Source: the human T2T-CHM13v2.0 reference genome, Homo sapiens. Taken from it: 64,000 bases of DNA. The DNA lies in the NCBI RefSeq assembly GCF_009914755.1, contig NC_060934.1. One strand, written 5' to 3'. Below the pieces are notes generated by a model. It worked only from the letters and a program-made list of their open reading frames with translations, had not been told where the DNA came from and did no database searches. Both the position numbers and the translations under genes were made by a program. Positions 1-16,899 of this stretch are shown piece by piece (position 1 is the stretch's first letter; each line of letters opens with the position of its first letter).

Positions 1-29
1 AATATTTAAAATTTTTATATTCTTGAGGG

Positions 30-1998
<1,969 letters not shown>

Positions 1999-2003
1999 GT
2001 ATT

Positions 2004-2414
2004 TAATACATTTTGGATATTTGTACCTGCCCAAATTTCATATTGAAATGTAATCCCCAGTGTTGAAGGTGGGGCCTGGTGGGAGGTGTCTGGATATGAG
2101 GTTGGAACCTTCATGAATGGTCTGCTGATAAGTGAGCTCTCACTCTGAGTTCACACAAGATATTTTCATTTAAGAGTGTGTCACCTCCCCCTGCCCATTC
2201 TCTCTTGTTTCCTACTGCTTTTGCTATTCAATGTGCCTATTCCTCCTTCACCTTCTGGCATGATTGAAAGCTCCCTGGGCCTTCACCAGAAGCTGAGTAG
2301 ATGCCAGCACCATACTGCCTCTCAAGTCCACAGAACTCTGAGCCAATTAAACATCTTTACAAATTACCCAGTCTCAGATTTTTCTTTATAGCAATGCAAG
2401 AACAGCCTAATACA
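2004..2414 (+). mobile_element. MaLR solo LTR, MSTA/MSTB-like
   Basis: ttttggatatttgtacctgcccaaatttcatattgaaatgtaatccccagtgttgaaggtggggcctggtgggagg at the start; ends aacagcctaataca; diverged 5-bp TSD gtatt/gtgtc. Confidence 0.85.
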
Positions 2415-2945
2415 GTGTCCATCATCAAATGAATAAAGAAAATGTAGAATATATATATGTGTATGTGTGTATACATATATCATATATATGGTCAAACTGG
2501 ACTACTATTAGGTCATAAAAACAAATGAACTTAAATCATTTTTGGCATCGTGGACAGAACTCAAGGTCATTATGTTAAGTGAAATAAGCTAGATAGACAA
2601 ATTTCCCATGTTTTCAGTCACATGTGGGAGCTAAAAAGTTGACCTCATAAAGGTAGAGAGTACAATAATAGATACTAGAGGCTGCAAAGGGTCTGTAAGT
2701 TGGGGGGATGATGAAGGGAGACTGGTCAATGAATACAAGCATACAGTTAGACAGAAGGAATAAATTCTAGTGTTCATAACAGAGTAGAGGTATTATAGTT
2801 ATCAACAATGTATTATATATTTCAAAGTAGCTAAAAGAGAGAACTTGAAATGCTCTCAATCCATAGAAAAGATAAATACTCAAGGTGATCAATACCCCAA
2901 ATACCCTTGCTTGATCATTACACATTCTATGCATGTAACAAATCT
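2415..2945 (+). mobile_element. L1MA 3' end (continuation of the L1 interrupted by the MST LTR)
   Basis: aacctaagt|gtgtccatca is split by the LTR; typical 3'UTR motifs gtcattatgttaagtgaaataag and ttgatcattacacattctatgcatgtaacaaa. Confidence 0.85.
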
Positions 2946-2996
2946 TAACTCTAAGTGGAGCTCTGAAACTGCTTTTGTTTTATGGCATTTACCAAA

Positions 2997-3160
2997 CCTT
3001 TTATTTTAAGTTCAGGGGTATCATGTGCAAGTCTGTTATATAGGTAAACTCGTGTCGTGAGGGTTTGTGCAGATTATTTCATCACTCAGGTGTTAAGCCT
3101 AGAGCCCTTTAGGTTTTTTCCTGATCTTCTTCCTCCTCTCACCCTCCACTCTCAGTTAAG
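2997..3160 (-). mobile_element. Short L1PA (PA13-16-like) 3' end fragment
   Basis: ttttattttaagttcaggggtatcatgtgcaag...cagattatttcatcactcagg...cctcctctcaccctccac. Confidence 0.8.
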
Positions 3161-3239
3161 ATTTCATGTTTATCCTTAGAATTTAAACTGGTAATATCTT
3201 ACTGTCTTTTCAATTCTTGTGTGCTCTTGAACAATTTTT

Positions 3240-3347
3240 ATTTTTTAAATTTATTTTATTTTTATTCTTTTTATGGAAAATTTTTATTGATACATCATAT
3301 TTTATATATTATACATTATGGGTACAAGTGATATTTTCTTACGTGCA
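3240..3347 (-). mobile_element. L1MA 3' terminal fragment with T-rich tail
   Basis: tttttattgatacatcatattttat...atgggtacaagtgatattttcttacgtgca. Confidence 0.55.
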
Positions 3348-3430
3348 AATTTCTGACTTTTTGGTTTGATCTTCTAAAATTGAAAAACTGAAATCCTGAA
3401 TGAAAGGAAACTGAGACTTTATTTTGTTAA

Positions 3431-4519
3431 CTTTCATTTTAAGTTCAGGGGTACCATGTGCAGTTTTGTACGTAGACTTGTGTCATGAGAACTTGTACAG
3501 ATTATTTCATCACTCAGGTGTTTATCCTGGCACCCATTAATTATTTTTCCTGATCCTCTCCCTCCTCCCACCCCCCACCCACAAGTAGGCCCCAGTGTCT
3601 CCTGTTCCCCTCTATGTGTCCATGTGTTCTCATCATTTAGCTCCCACTTATAAGTGAGAACATGTAGTATTTGTTTTCTATTCCTGCATTAGTTTGCTAA
3701 GGATAATGGCCTCTAGCTCCATCCATGTTTCTGCAAAGGGCATGATCTTGTTCATTTTATGGCTGCATAGTATTCCATGGTGTATATGGACCATATTTTC
3801 TTTATTGAATCTACCATTAATGGGCATTTAGGTTGATTCCAGGTCTTTGCTACTGTAAATAGTGCTGCAGTAAACATATGCATGCATGTGTCTTTATGAA
3901 AGAACAATTTATATTCCTTTAGGTATATACCCAATTATGGTATTGCTGGGCTGAATTGTATTTCTGTTTTTAGCTCTTTTAGGAATAGCCACACTGCTTT
4001 CCACAATGGTTGAACTAATTGACATTCCCACCAAAAGTGTTTAAGCATTTCTTCTTCTCTGAAACCTCACCAGCATCTGTTATTTTTTCACTTTTCTATA
4101 ATAGCCATTCTGACTGGTGTGAGATGGTATCTTGTTGTAGTTTTGATTTGCATTTCTGTAATAATTAGTGATACTGCATATTTTTTCATTTGCTTGTTGG
4201 CTGTGTGTATGTCTTCTTTTGAAAAGTGTCTGTTCATGTCCTTTGCCCACTTTTTAGTGGGGCTGTCTTTTTTCTGGTAAATTTAAGTTCCTTATAGATG
4301 CTGGATATTAGACCATTGTCAGATACATATTTTGCAAGAATTTTCTTTCATTCTGTAGGTCATCTATTTACTCTGTTGACAGTTTCTTTTGCAATGCAGA
4401 AGCTCTTTAATTTCATTAGATCCCATTTGTCAACTTTTACTTTTGTTGCAATTGCTTTTGGTGTTCTGTCATGAAATCTTTGCCCATTCCTATGTCCAGA
4501 ATGGTAATTGCCTACGTTG
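3431..4519 (-). mobile_element. 5'-truncated L1PA13-15-like element (3'UTR plus ORF2 C-terminus)
   Basis: ORF2 C-terminal peptide KDTCMHMFTAALFTVAKTWNQPKCP...KKIWSIYTMEYYAAIK (3752-3934); canonical 3'UTR. Confidence 0.92.
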
Positions 4520-4544
4520 GGAATGACAGAATCTTAATAACAAA

Positions 4545-4890
4545 TGGAAGATGTTAAAAAGCCATAGATAAAAGAAAGATTACTTTCAAAGAGGCAGTAG
4601 TTAGACTGTGAGGTAACTTCTCAACAGCAATAATAGAAGTCAGAAGACAGTCAGTCCAATGATACATTAAGTTGGCTGGAAGGAAATAGACAACAACCTA
4701 AAATTCCAAACCCAGGAGAAAATATATTTCAAGACTGACAACAAAATGAACATTTTTTCAGGCAAACAAAACAAGAACTCCCCCCTCACCAAAAGGAAAC
4801 ATACAATATGCACATCAAGTAGAAGGAAAGCGATCCGGGATGGAAGATCTAACATGCAAGGAGGAATGAGGAACAAATATCAGGTGGTAA
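4545..4890 (+). mobile_element. Old L1M ORF1 fragment
   Basis: agattactttcaaagaggcagtagttagactg...aacttctcaacagcaataatagaagtcagaagacagt resembles L1M ORF1. Confidence 0.65.
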
Positions 4891-4899
4891 TTATGCAAA

Positions 4900-5163
4900 C
4901 TTGTCATTACCCTTGTTCTCTGTTTTTCATTGTGGCTGTTAAGAAATTTCTATTCCTTTGAAGTCAACTGTCCTTATTCTCTGGATAATTTTAAGACTTC
5001 TCTTTGCCATTGTTGTTCTGCAGTTTAGTTATAATACTCTTGAGTGTTGATTTCTATTTATTTATTTTATTTGCTACACATCTGGCTTCTTGAATTTGTA
5101 GATTAATGTGTTTCAACAGTTTTGGAAAAGTTTCTGCAATTATCTTCTTAAAAATGTCCTCTG
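4900..5163 (-). mobile_element. Old L1M (L1ME-like) ORF1 fragment; resumes at ~6975
   Basis: ttctgcagtttagttataat...ggcttcttgaatttgtagattaatgtgtttcaacagttttggaaaagtttctgcaattatcttc. Confidence 0.65.
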
Positions 5164-5199
5164 AAAATATTGTCAACACATTATTGTGTGATGCATGAT

Positions 5200-6085
5200 C
5201 AGAAAAAGTACATGTATGCAGAATATATTAAGAACTATTAAGTATGTAATACAACAATCCAATAAAAAATGAACACATGATTTGAGTAGACACTTCACAA
5301 ATGAAGATATATGAATACTCAATGTGTATATGAAAAGTCATCATTAGTCATCAGGAAAATTAAAATTAAAACACAATTAAATACAACTACACACTCATCA
5401 AAATGACTAAAATTAAGAAACTAACCACATACAGTACTAGTGAGTATACAGAGTAACTAGAACCCTCATACTCAGTTGGAAAGAATATAAAATATTAGGA
5501 ACACATCGGAAAACAGCTTGGCAGTTTTTTTTAATTAAATAAAACCTTCCATATGGTACAGACACTCCACTTCTTGGCATTTACCCAAAATAAATGAAAG
5601 CATATGTCCATAAATACTTGTGCGGATATTCTTAGAAGCTTTATTTGTAACAGTGAAAAACTGGAAACAATCCAAATGTCTGTCCATAGGTGAATAAAGA
5701 AACAAATTGGGGCATATCAATGCAACAGGATATTACTCAGTAATAAAAATGATGAACTACTTATCCAAACAGCGATATTGATGAATCTCAGAATCATGAC
5801 ACAGAATGAAATAAGCCAGATTGAAAAAAAAAAAAAACCTACATACTGTATGATTCCATTTTTATAAAGTTGTAGAAAAAACAAATGAATCAATAGTGAC
5901 AGAAATCAGATAAGTGGTTGATTGCAAATAGAGGAAGAGGGAGGACTAGATTACAAGAGGCATGAGAAAACTTTTGGGGTTTTGGCAATGTTTGATATCT
6001 TGATTGTAGTGATAGCTTTATGGGTATGTACATGTGTCAAAATTCGTTATTGTATGTCAATTATACTCAAAGACCTTTTTAATAG
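5200..6085 (+). mobile_element. L1ME/L1MD-like 3' end
   Basis: agacacttcacaaatgaagatata...aaactggaaacaatccaaatgtctgtccataggtgaat...tactgtatgattccatt...tgtatgtcaattatactcaa. Confidence 0.8.
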
Positions 6086-6974
6086 CAAAAAACAGAACCA
6101 GTCGCAGAAGATAAATAAAGTTGGGGAAAGGTAAATTATGGAATTATTTGGTTTTACTAAATTACCCATCCTCAGAAAGTTAAATGATCAATGAAAACCT
6201 TTCAGGCATTTTGGAAGCAATTATTTTCTGAGAGTTTGACACAGTCCAGATATTCTGCATACCAGACAAGAGATTTCTCATGAACAATCATTTTTCAAAA
6301 CACTAGGATGTCTTAAGATTCTATTACTTATATTCAATCTATTGACATAAAATTAGAATATCTCTTCTACCTCATTTTGCATAAAATTGCCAGTCCTTTT
6401 TTTGAAGCAAAGAAAATTATTGAAGCAAAGAAAATTGTCCATTATCCTAGATATCCACCATCAATTATTTTTTAAATTTAGTTGTCTTTAAATACCGATT
6501 TATAAAAATAAATGTGATGTTTGTCAATTCAGTAGATCAATAAATTGGAAGGCTGATTATATATTCAAGCACAGTTAACATATTATTTGTTTTCTCTTTT
6601 TAATAGGAAGAATGTTTTAATTCAAAAAAAGCATCATGTGAAATAGGTGTAGTGCTTCTTTTGAGCTGGTACATTTTGGTAAGCTATAATTTGGTAATTA
6701 TAATTCAATGTCTTAAACATTAAATTCAATTGTTACAATTTATTAAATAATGTTCATTTTCATATAACCAATATTTTAAAATAGGTTTAGCTTTTGTTTA
6801 CATGTGTGATATTGTAATACAGCAATGATATGGTACACTGTAAATGTTAAAAATAAATCATATTGCGATGTTGTCAGATATATATGCACAGATTACATAG
6901 TTCATGTCTCTTTATAATGGCAGAAAAATTATAAATAACCACACTATAAATTTGAATGCAAAAAGGAAATTCCA

Positions 6975-7790
6975 ATGACTTTTTCTCTCTATTATTGCCT
7001 TTTGGAAATTCAATTAAATGTGTTAGAATTTCTTACTTTGTCATCCATGCTTTGTAAACTCGTCTCCATACTTTAATCTTTTTGTCTGTGTTGCATTTCC
7101 AGTAATTTCCCCTCATCTATCTTCAAGTTTACACATTTTATTTCAGGTTGTGCCTAAGTTACTGTTAAGTCTACTCTTTGAGTTTTTAATTCTGTTTAAT
7201 GTAATTTTAATTTATAGAATATCTAGTTGGTTGTTTGAAATCAATTTGGTTACTTTTTATTTTTTCCTTTTCCCTCTAGATGTTTTCAAGACGTTCTTTT
7301 ATTTGTTTAGAAATATAAGTGTTTTGTAATAGATGTTTAGTAATTTTAATATTGGAATTTGGCCTTGCCTGAAAAATCTAGACAAGGGCAGGTCTCAATT
7401 TTTCTCCCTCCCCTGCTCAATTGCAAGGCAAGCCTTTTAGGACTCAGAGTTGGGTGAAAGTCAGCCTTACATCCAGGTCACTCTTGTTCTGTGTATATTG
7501 AGCTATTTGGGGATCCCAGCTTAATGCAGGGAGAGTGTTCTATTAGACTTCATATCTGGGTTCTAGAATTTTATTTTTGTTTCCTTAACCTCTTGTGGCT
7601 GTTTACATCAAAATTCAGGTTGGCAAATTACCTCCAGGCAAGAGCAATTCTGATGGTCAGTTTACTTTTCTGGGTTTTCACTCTTCCTTCAGTTTTTAAC
7701 CAGATAATTCTTTGCTATTTTACCAGCTTTTTGATAATTTTAACAATATATATTTTTAAATGTCTTCAGCAACTTATCTTTTCGGTGTAA
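6975..7790 (-). mobile_element. Old L1M/HAL1-like ORF1 and 5' region
   Basis: Continues the 4900-5163 consensus (ctctct...tggaaattcaattaaatgtgttaga); T-rich antisense ORF1 texture. Confidence 0.55.
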
Positions 7791-7909
7791 AAAAAAATTA
7801 TTTTTGGTATGGTGGTGGGGAGGAAATGGCAGGCTAAGCTAAACACCTGGCCTGTCACTAGAGGAAATTGAACCTTGCAATTTGTTTGAACAATTTTTAA
7901 ATGTAACAG

Positions 7910-7932
7910 ACACACACACACACACACACACA
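7910..7932. repeat. (CA)n microsatellite
   Basis: About 11 CA units, seen directly. Confidence 0.95.
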
Positions 7933-8959
7933 AACAATTTATATTGATTGGCTTATTTTGGGTATTGATGGAGTCACTTGTGTGATTTATCTGATACATC
8001 AATGAAGACAGTTATAAATAGAAGAATAACAATTTTCAATCAGTTATTTGTTGTCAAACATGGAACATTTGACCATTTACAATCTGAGAGTAAAACTGCA
8101 CAAGAGAAACATCCAAGGAAATTAATTCTCTTTTTAAGGTCATCTATAAATCCAGTCCCCATAGCAACACAAGTACTTATCTAGATTCCTTCCTTTACAC
8201 TATATATTTTGCCTAGTCATTTCTTTTGCAATTAAATTAATTGCTTCATTGTTAATCCAACTTTCACTCTCTGTCCTTTCAAAACATTTTAAAAACAAGC
8301 TGATGAATGGAAAAGTAAAACATTGTTGCAGAGCTAGTTATTTATAAGCAAATAAAATCAATTGTGTCTGAAATGTCAATAATGTATAAATAAGCATGTT
8401 TCTAAATTTAATTGTTAACTTTTATAAGATGAATGGTAGCAACAACAATGTGATCTGTTATTTATTCTTCCTGAGTCAAACTAAATATTTTACATAAATC
8501 AGCCCCTTCTGGATAATATTTACATTATACTACAAATATTGACAATGACTAGAATTTAATATTTTAAAAATACTCATCCAAACATACAAATGCAGGGATG
8601 GGTGGTTATAACTGGATCAGTAGTTGTGTCACTCCAAATCACAAATCTCTTGTTTTCCCTCTTGCTAATCTCTACTATCCTCCCTCTTTAACCCATGGCT
8701 ATGAAAAATAACAAAAGGAGTAGTTCAAATCTTCAGATAGTTCTTTCTGGTTTCCTTGTAGCTATATATTTTAATTTGCCTCAGACTTCTCCAAATCAGT
8801 CTAAGGAAACACAAAGTGATATAAGTACTACATAGATTAGATTTAGATATAGAGGTATAATCTTTTCCCCCTACAGAACTCCAAACATGCTATTCTCCAT
8901 TTAGGAATGTAAAGCAACCCACAATCGTCTGAAGAAAGATACAGAACTCAAGAATTCAT

Positions 8960-9032
8960 ATAGTCAAAAGCTGGACAGATCTGGATTCAAATCTGATTAA
9001 CTGTGAGACCTTGGGCAGCTGTTGAAATTCTG
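8960..9032 (+). mobile_element. MIR fragment
   Basis: gacagatctggattcaaatctg...ctgtgagaccttgggca. Confidence 0.55.
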
Positions 9033-9034
9033 CA

Positions 9035-9330
9035 TATCAGTCAGAGGTTGGTTAGAAAAACAGAATATGCTTGAGATTTCAAACTGAAAGGGATGTAATA
9101 CAGAGATTGGAAAGTTACCAAACCTTTGGGATGAGTGATAAAGCAAGGATCAGGGAAGTCATTGCTAGTGTTCAAAAAATCAGTATGAATAAGAATCACA
9201 GGAAACTGCCACTTCAGAATATAATGACACAAGGAAGTCATTCATCAAATCTTACCTCAGTTATCTCTGCAGTCCACGTGTTCATGCCACTGACTCGGGA
9301 ATAATAGTGGCTTCTCCTCTTGCAAGCAAG
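9035..9330. mobile_element. Ancient ERVL/MaLR-type LTR fragment (family uncertain)
   Basis: tatcagtcagaggttggttagaaaaacagaa...atttcaaactgaaagggatgtaatacagagattgg resembles old LTR termini. Confidence 0.35.
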
Positions 9331-10365
9331 CTTGTTGGCAGAATATATAAAGTGGCAACTTTCTGGTAGAAATAAATTCTAAGGATATAATACCCTGGGT
9401 TTTCACCCTCTAAAATACAAGAAAAGAGAAATGGGAGGAATGTTGTTAGATTTCCAACAAAAAATCTAGCATATTCTAGATAACCCAGTGTCTTCAAATA
9501 AAAAAATACTGTCAAGACTAAATCAAGATTGTGGACTGAGCATTTGCTCCAATATTCCTTCTGCATCAAATCCCTTAAAGTGAGAGAAAAGGTATATATG
9601 CAAACATGCATACATATCTATTCAGATATAGATGATATAGATAAATATATAGATGATATAGATACTGATAAAGCATAACAGGACAGGAACACAGAAATTA
9701 TGAAGTCTTTAAAAGATAAAAAGCTGACAAAATCAAATTGATAACAACTATGACAAAGTCATATCAAACAAGTTCAAGACCATATCACTGCAAAGACTGA
9801 AAACAGATTCTAAATTGGATTGAAGTGAAAAAGCAGAAAAGTGGCCCAGAAAATCATTAGGGTAAATTAATTAAAGAACTGAAGTCAAAAAAATGAGACC
9901 AGACCTCATCACCCTTGTGATATACAATAGACAGCAAGTTTTTGATGGGTTTTTATCCATCTGTATTTGCAATGCTATATTATTTTTTTCATTATCACTT
10001 TTTAAATACTTTTTGTATAATTTAATAAATTTTGATATTATATTTTGCATTATCTGAGTTTCTTGTTTCAGCATCAGTTAATAGAATTTTTTAAATGTGA
10101 TTTAAAAATGTGTGGCATTGCTTTTGATAGTGATTACATAGTTAAACAAAAACATCTTTTACCTGTCATAAAGCTTTAGTTAAAAGCTACTGGGGGGCAG
10201 CGTTTCACAATTCAAGCAAAAGGGATGTGTATGTGTATGTGTATATACATATATAGAAATATTTTTATATATTATAAATTATATATAAACATGTATATAT
10301 TCTGATACATTTATGTACAATTTTAAAATAATTCAAATTATAGTCCAAAAATAAAGTCAGAATAA

Positions 10366-10668
<303 letters not shown>

Positions 10669-10872
10669 AGAATAAGCTCTTAAAGAAAATTAAAGATTAT
10701 ATAAGAATGACACATATACACTTTAGTTTGATTAGCTCTTAATACTATTTCAAGACTATCTACTGTGATGCTGGTGTACAATTTTCTTGAATTTAGATAC
10801 AAAGGGGAGACATAAAAAGGGGCACAGCCCTAAAGGCATTAGCAAAAGATACAAGGGCTCTGCTTCCTGGAA

Positions 10873-11323
10873 TTGTGTTGTATAAAGTCAGAACCTCCTG
10901 GAAGCAGGTGCCAAGACAGGATTAATGATGAAATGGTGTTTATTAGGAGAAATGCTTGTGAGAAAAAAATGGAAAGGAGCCAGGAAGGGCTGGAAAGGGC
11001 ATCAAACCACGATGCAAGCTTGGCTTTAAGTGAAGGAGAGAGAGGGAAGGAAGTCGGGTAGAAGTGTCCTAAATTATCATGCATCTAAGAAACGTTTGTC
11101 AAAGCCATTGGGGAATACTCAGCTAAAATTCAGCCGAGAGGAGGCTTGTGAACCCTCAGGAATGGAACTATATTAGTATTGCTGCCTGGCTCAGTGGTTG
11201 GCTGAGACGCACATATGGGAAGCAAGGGCAAATGCATGATGGACTCAGATGCAGAAGTTGATCTCTAGTCGCTTAGGTTCCCCGAATTTGGAGGTTCGCC
11301 TTATGCATTCTCATGTCCATCAC
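10873..11323. mobile_element. ERVL-type solo LTR (LTR16/LTR33-like)
   Basis: TG...CA ends; gaagcaggtgccaagacaggatt...tttattaggagaaatgcttgtgag...caaaccacgatgcaag. Confidence 0.55.
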
Positions 11324-11614
11324 ATAAAGAAAGGGACAGTCTGCAACAGCAGGATTGCTTTCTAAAGAACGTTTTCTTTGGGGAGTACTCTGAAACCTTT
11401 CTTCAAATGATGACGTACTCTGAAGTTCAGGAGATAATTCTGAAGTAGACTTTGATTTTATGCGGGAGAATGTACTCTATTCCCATCATCACAGCTTGTC
11501 CCTTGGCTTACATAAATATTTTGCTCACGATTCAAGGAAGTTGTCTAAAGCAACTTAAATGCTAGGCCAAAATAACCTGTTTGTCTCTCATTAAAAAGTT
11601 TTTGTTTTAGAAGT

Positions 11615-11936
11615 TTTATGGGTTGAATTGTATCTCATAAAATGATATATTACAGTCCTAATACTCAGTACCTCCAAATGTGATATTATTTGTAAACAAA
11701 GTCTTTATGGAGGTTATCAAGTTAACATGAAGTCATTAGAGTGAGGACTAATCCAATATGGCTGAGATCCTTATCAAAAGGAGAAATTCAGTCACAGGGA
11801 CAGACAGGTACAGAGAGAAGATGATGTCAAGAGACAACGGGAGAATGCCACATGAAGGTGGAGGATTGGAGTAATGCATCTACAAGCCAAGGTATGCCAA
11901 TGATTGCTGGAAAACTACCACAAGCTAGGAGAGAGG
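11615..11936 (+). mobile_element. MLT1B/C LTR, 5' part
   Basis: tatgggttgaattgtatc...ctaatccaatatggctgagatccttat...tacaagccaaggtatgccaatgattgctgg. Confidence 0.85.
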
Positions 11937-12041
11937 TGTTTCACAGTGGGAAGGCCTATGCAAACCTATACCAAAGACCGAGAAAGCTGAGAGGCTGAAG
12001 AGAAAGGCTGACACAGCTACTTTCTCAGAAAGAAACATTTA
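11937..12041 (-). mobile_element. ERV1-class solo LTR, first piece (family not named)
   Basis: Starts TG inside the MLT1; joins 14077-14390 across the L1. Confidence 0.7.
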
Positions 12042-14390
<2,349 letters not shown>

Positions 14391-14557
14391 AGAAGTGTAG
14401 GGCAGATTCTCCTTCACAGCCCCAGAAGGAACCAACCTTGTCGACAACTCGATTTTGGACTTCTAGCCCACAGAATCATGAAACAATAATTTTTTTTGTT
14501 ATTATAAGCCACCCAGTTTGTGGCACTTTGCTATGGCAGTCCCAGAAAATTAATACA
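14391..14557 (+). mobile_element. MLT1B/C LTR, 3' part
   Basis: cagattctccttcacagccccagaaggaaccaacc...ttttggacttctagcc...aagccacccagtttgtggcactttg...aattaataca. Confidence 0.88.
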
Positions 14558-15414
14558 GGAGGGGCTACTCTCAATGAATAAAGGAAGCAATAAAATACCT
14601 TACATAATTTCATAGAATGTTAGCGCTGAAAGCAGCCTCAGAGCAATAACGTCAAAAGCTTGATTCATATCTCACTAGCATGCTAAAAGAATCACCCACG
14701 TTGGCCACACAATGAATAAATATTCTAGTTCTTACTCTAGAATAATGGGCACATCCATATACTTACTAGTAACAAATTAAGTTTAGTGAACATTGATTTG
14801 CAAATTGGATATTTGTAAACTAAAATTAGAGCACTATTAGGATTTACTGAGTCTTCTTTTGAACAATTAATCTGCTACCTGCTTGATAAGTCTGTACGTG
14901 CAGGTTTTGAAATTCCTGAAATTTTTAGGGGGAGTTACTACTGTTAACATGTAATAAATCATAGTGAGTTAGGATGGATATGGTTTTCAATTGTTGCTCT
15001 CCTTGCATTAATGAATAGATTAGGAGAATAGTTGTTACAAGTTTTATTTTAAAAAAATATTGATCACTGGTTCTTTAATGGTTAGATGTTCTCTCTAAAT
15101 CTTTTTGTAATCACTAGGTTCTTTTTCCATGGAAGACTGGGAGCAAATGGGATAGGTAGGTCACAGGACCTTGTGTCCCATCTAAGCAGGTTACTATTTT
15201 TAAAATTTGGTAAACAATCCCAGAGTCTCACTTCCACCTCTTTTCTAACTCTTTCATTTCTATTAGTGAGGAAACTAAAGACCCTTGTCTGTTTTTGACA
15301 TGTGAATGAATGGTTGACTTCATCTTACTATCAAAATATTTTTTTTTGTTTTAATAAATAATTGTTGACTGATTTCAAAACAGCAGAGATTTTTAAATAT
15401 AAAATATTATTTGA

Positions 15415-15590
15415 CCCACCAAGCAATAAAGTGGATACTGCTATTGTCTCACTTATACAGATAAGAAACCTGAAGTTCAGAGACATCAAACAAGTCACCT
15501 GAAATCACATTGTTAGAGGTAACCAAGTTAAGATTTTACCATTGACAAGTTTTCAAAGTTCATGTGCTTATTCGCTATGCCAGTGTGCCT
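15415..15590 (-). mobile_element. MIR
   Basis: tacagataagaaacctgaagttcagagac core. Confidence 0.65.
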
Positions 15591-15984
15591 CAAATCAGGC
15601 ATCCATGGACCTCCAAGGTCAATTGTCTTTTTCTCAAGGGTCTGCAAGTCTAGGTTTTTTTTCCCCCTCATTTTGGTAAATGCACAGCCTGAGGTTTAGC
15701 TGGATGAGCACCTCGCAGTTGATTACTGACAGGTGATTCCAGTATTCATATTTGCATTAGTTTTACAACCAAGTACACACCAAGTGAAGGCCAAATGAGG
15801 TTGGCTCTTGCTGATGGATGACAGGTTTCCAACAGTTTGAACAGAGAAAAAGCTGGGAGGCCTGAATCATCCCATGACAAATATTAGTAGAGTCATGCCA
15901 ATTGTAAATAATCTGCACAGTAGCTATGTCTCATGAAAGTTATCTTCAACTCTAAAAATCTATAATCCTGTTGGATTACCATGC

Positions 15985-16445
15985 CATTTAGGGTCAGGCA
16001 GGAAATGGATGGCATAAGAAAGGAGAAGAGGACAGAGAATTTAACAGACTTTTACAAAAGTGTAAGCAAGGATAAAAAAAAATCCAAGTGAGATGGAGTA
16101 GTGCAAGTAATGGTGAGTAATGGTGAGAAGCATGGAGGGGTTGGAGAGAGAGTTATTGCTACAATCTGGGGAGAGAGATAGCTATGACCTTTAGTAGAGG
16201 GACATAACCAGGCTTTGGGGACAATAAAGAGAGGGAGCCAGAAGAAATACTACCCCGTCCTCACTCTTATTCCTGTGGAGCACCAATCTCTTGCTGGTGA
16301 TTTCCACCTTTTGAACCTAACCAGAAGCCAGAGGACAAACTGCCTTTGATGTGGTTCACACAGGTTAGCTTCCCTGGGGCACACATATTGGGTTAGAGAA
16401 TGCTGAAGAGTAGACCTGGTGGAGCAAATGAAGATATCCAGCCTG
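15985..16445. mobile_element. Ancient ERVL-like LTR (family uncertain)
   Basis: agggtcaggcaggaaatggatggca start; gagtagacctggtggagcaaatgaagatatccagc end. Confidence 0.45.
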
Positions 16446-16899
16446 TTTCTATAAACCAATGATGTATTGTCTTATCCTAATAATAACATTGATGTTTTAT
16501 TTTCTGGAAAGCATAAATATTTATTAATCTTTATTATTGAATGAGAATAAGATCCTAGGCACATCTTTCTTCCCACAGTTGCAAGAAGATAAAATGGCTC
16601 TATCAAGTTTTTTTATTTAAACAAAAGAGTCTGAAATTTTATGTCTCCCTTAAATTAACAAATAATATTCTCATTCATTTGCATTTCAGTTTTTTGATTG
16701 GAACATCAGGAGGCTGAGTTAAAATTAGAGTAGGCACTTGTACGTAAAAGTGTATCTTCCTTGTTAACTGTTTCAAAATAAAAGGCTGAAAATTGCTATT
16801 AGATGACAAATGATTTCACAATGACCTCAATAAAAAGTCCTTAACTCTGTTTTAAAAATTAAATTGCTCAAATGGAATGGAGTGAGGAAAGCCATACTT

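Noticed and set aside
9620-10320. TA/GATA-rich low-complexity patches near 9620-9670 and 10225-10320
   Set aside because: Ordinary degenerate simple repeats.
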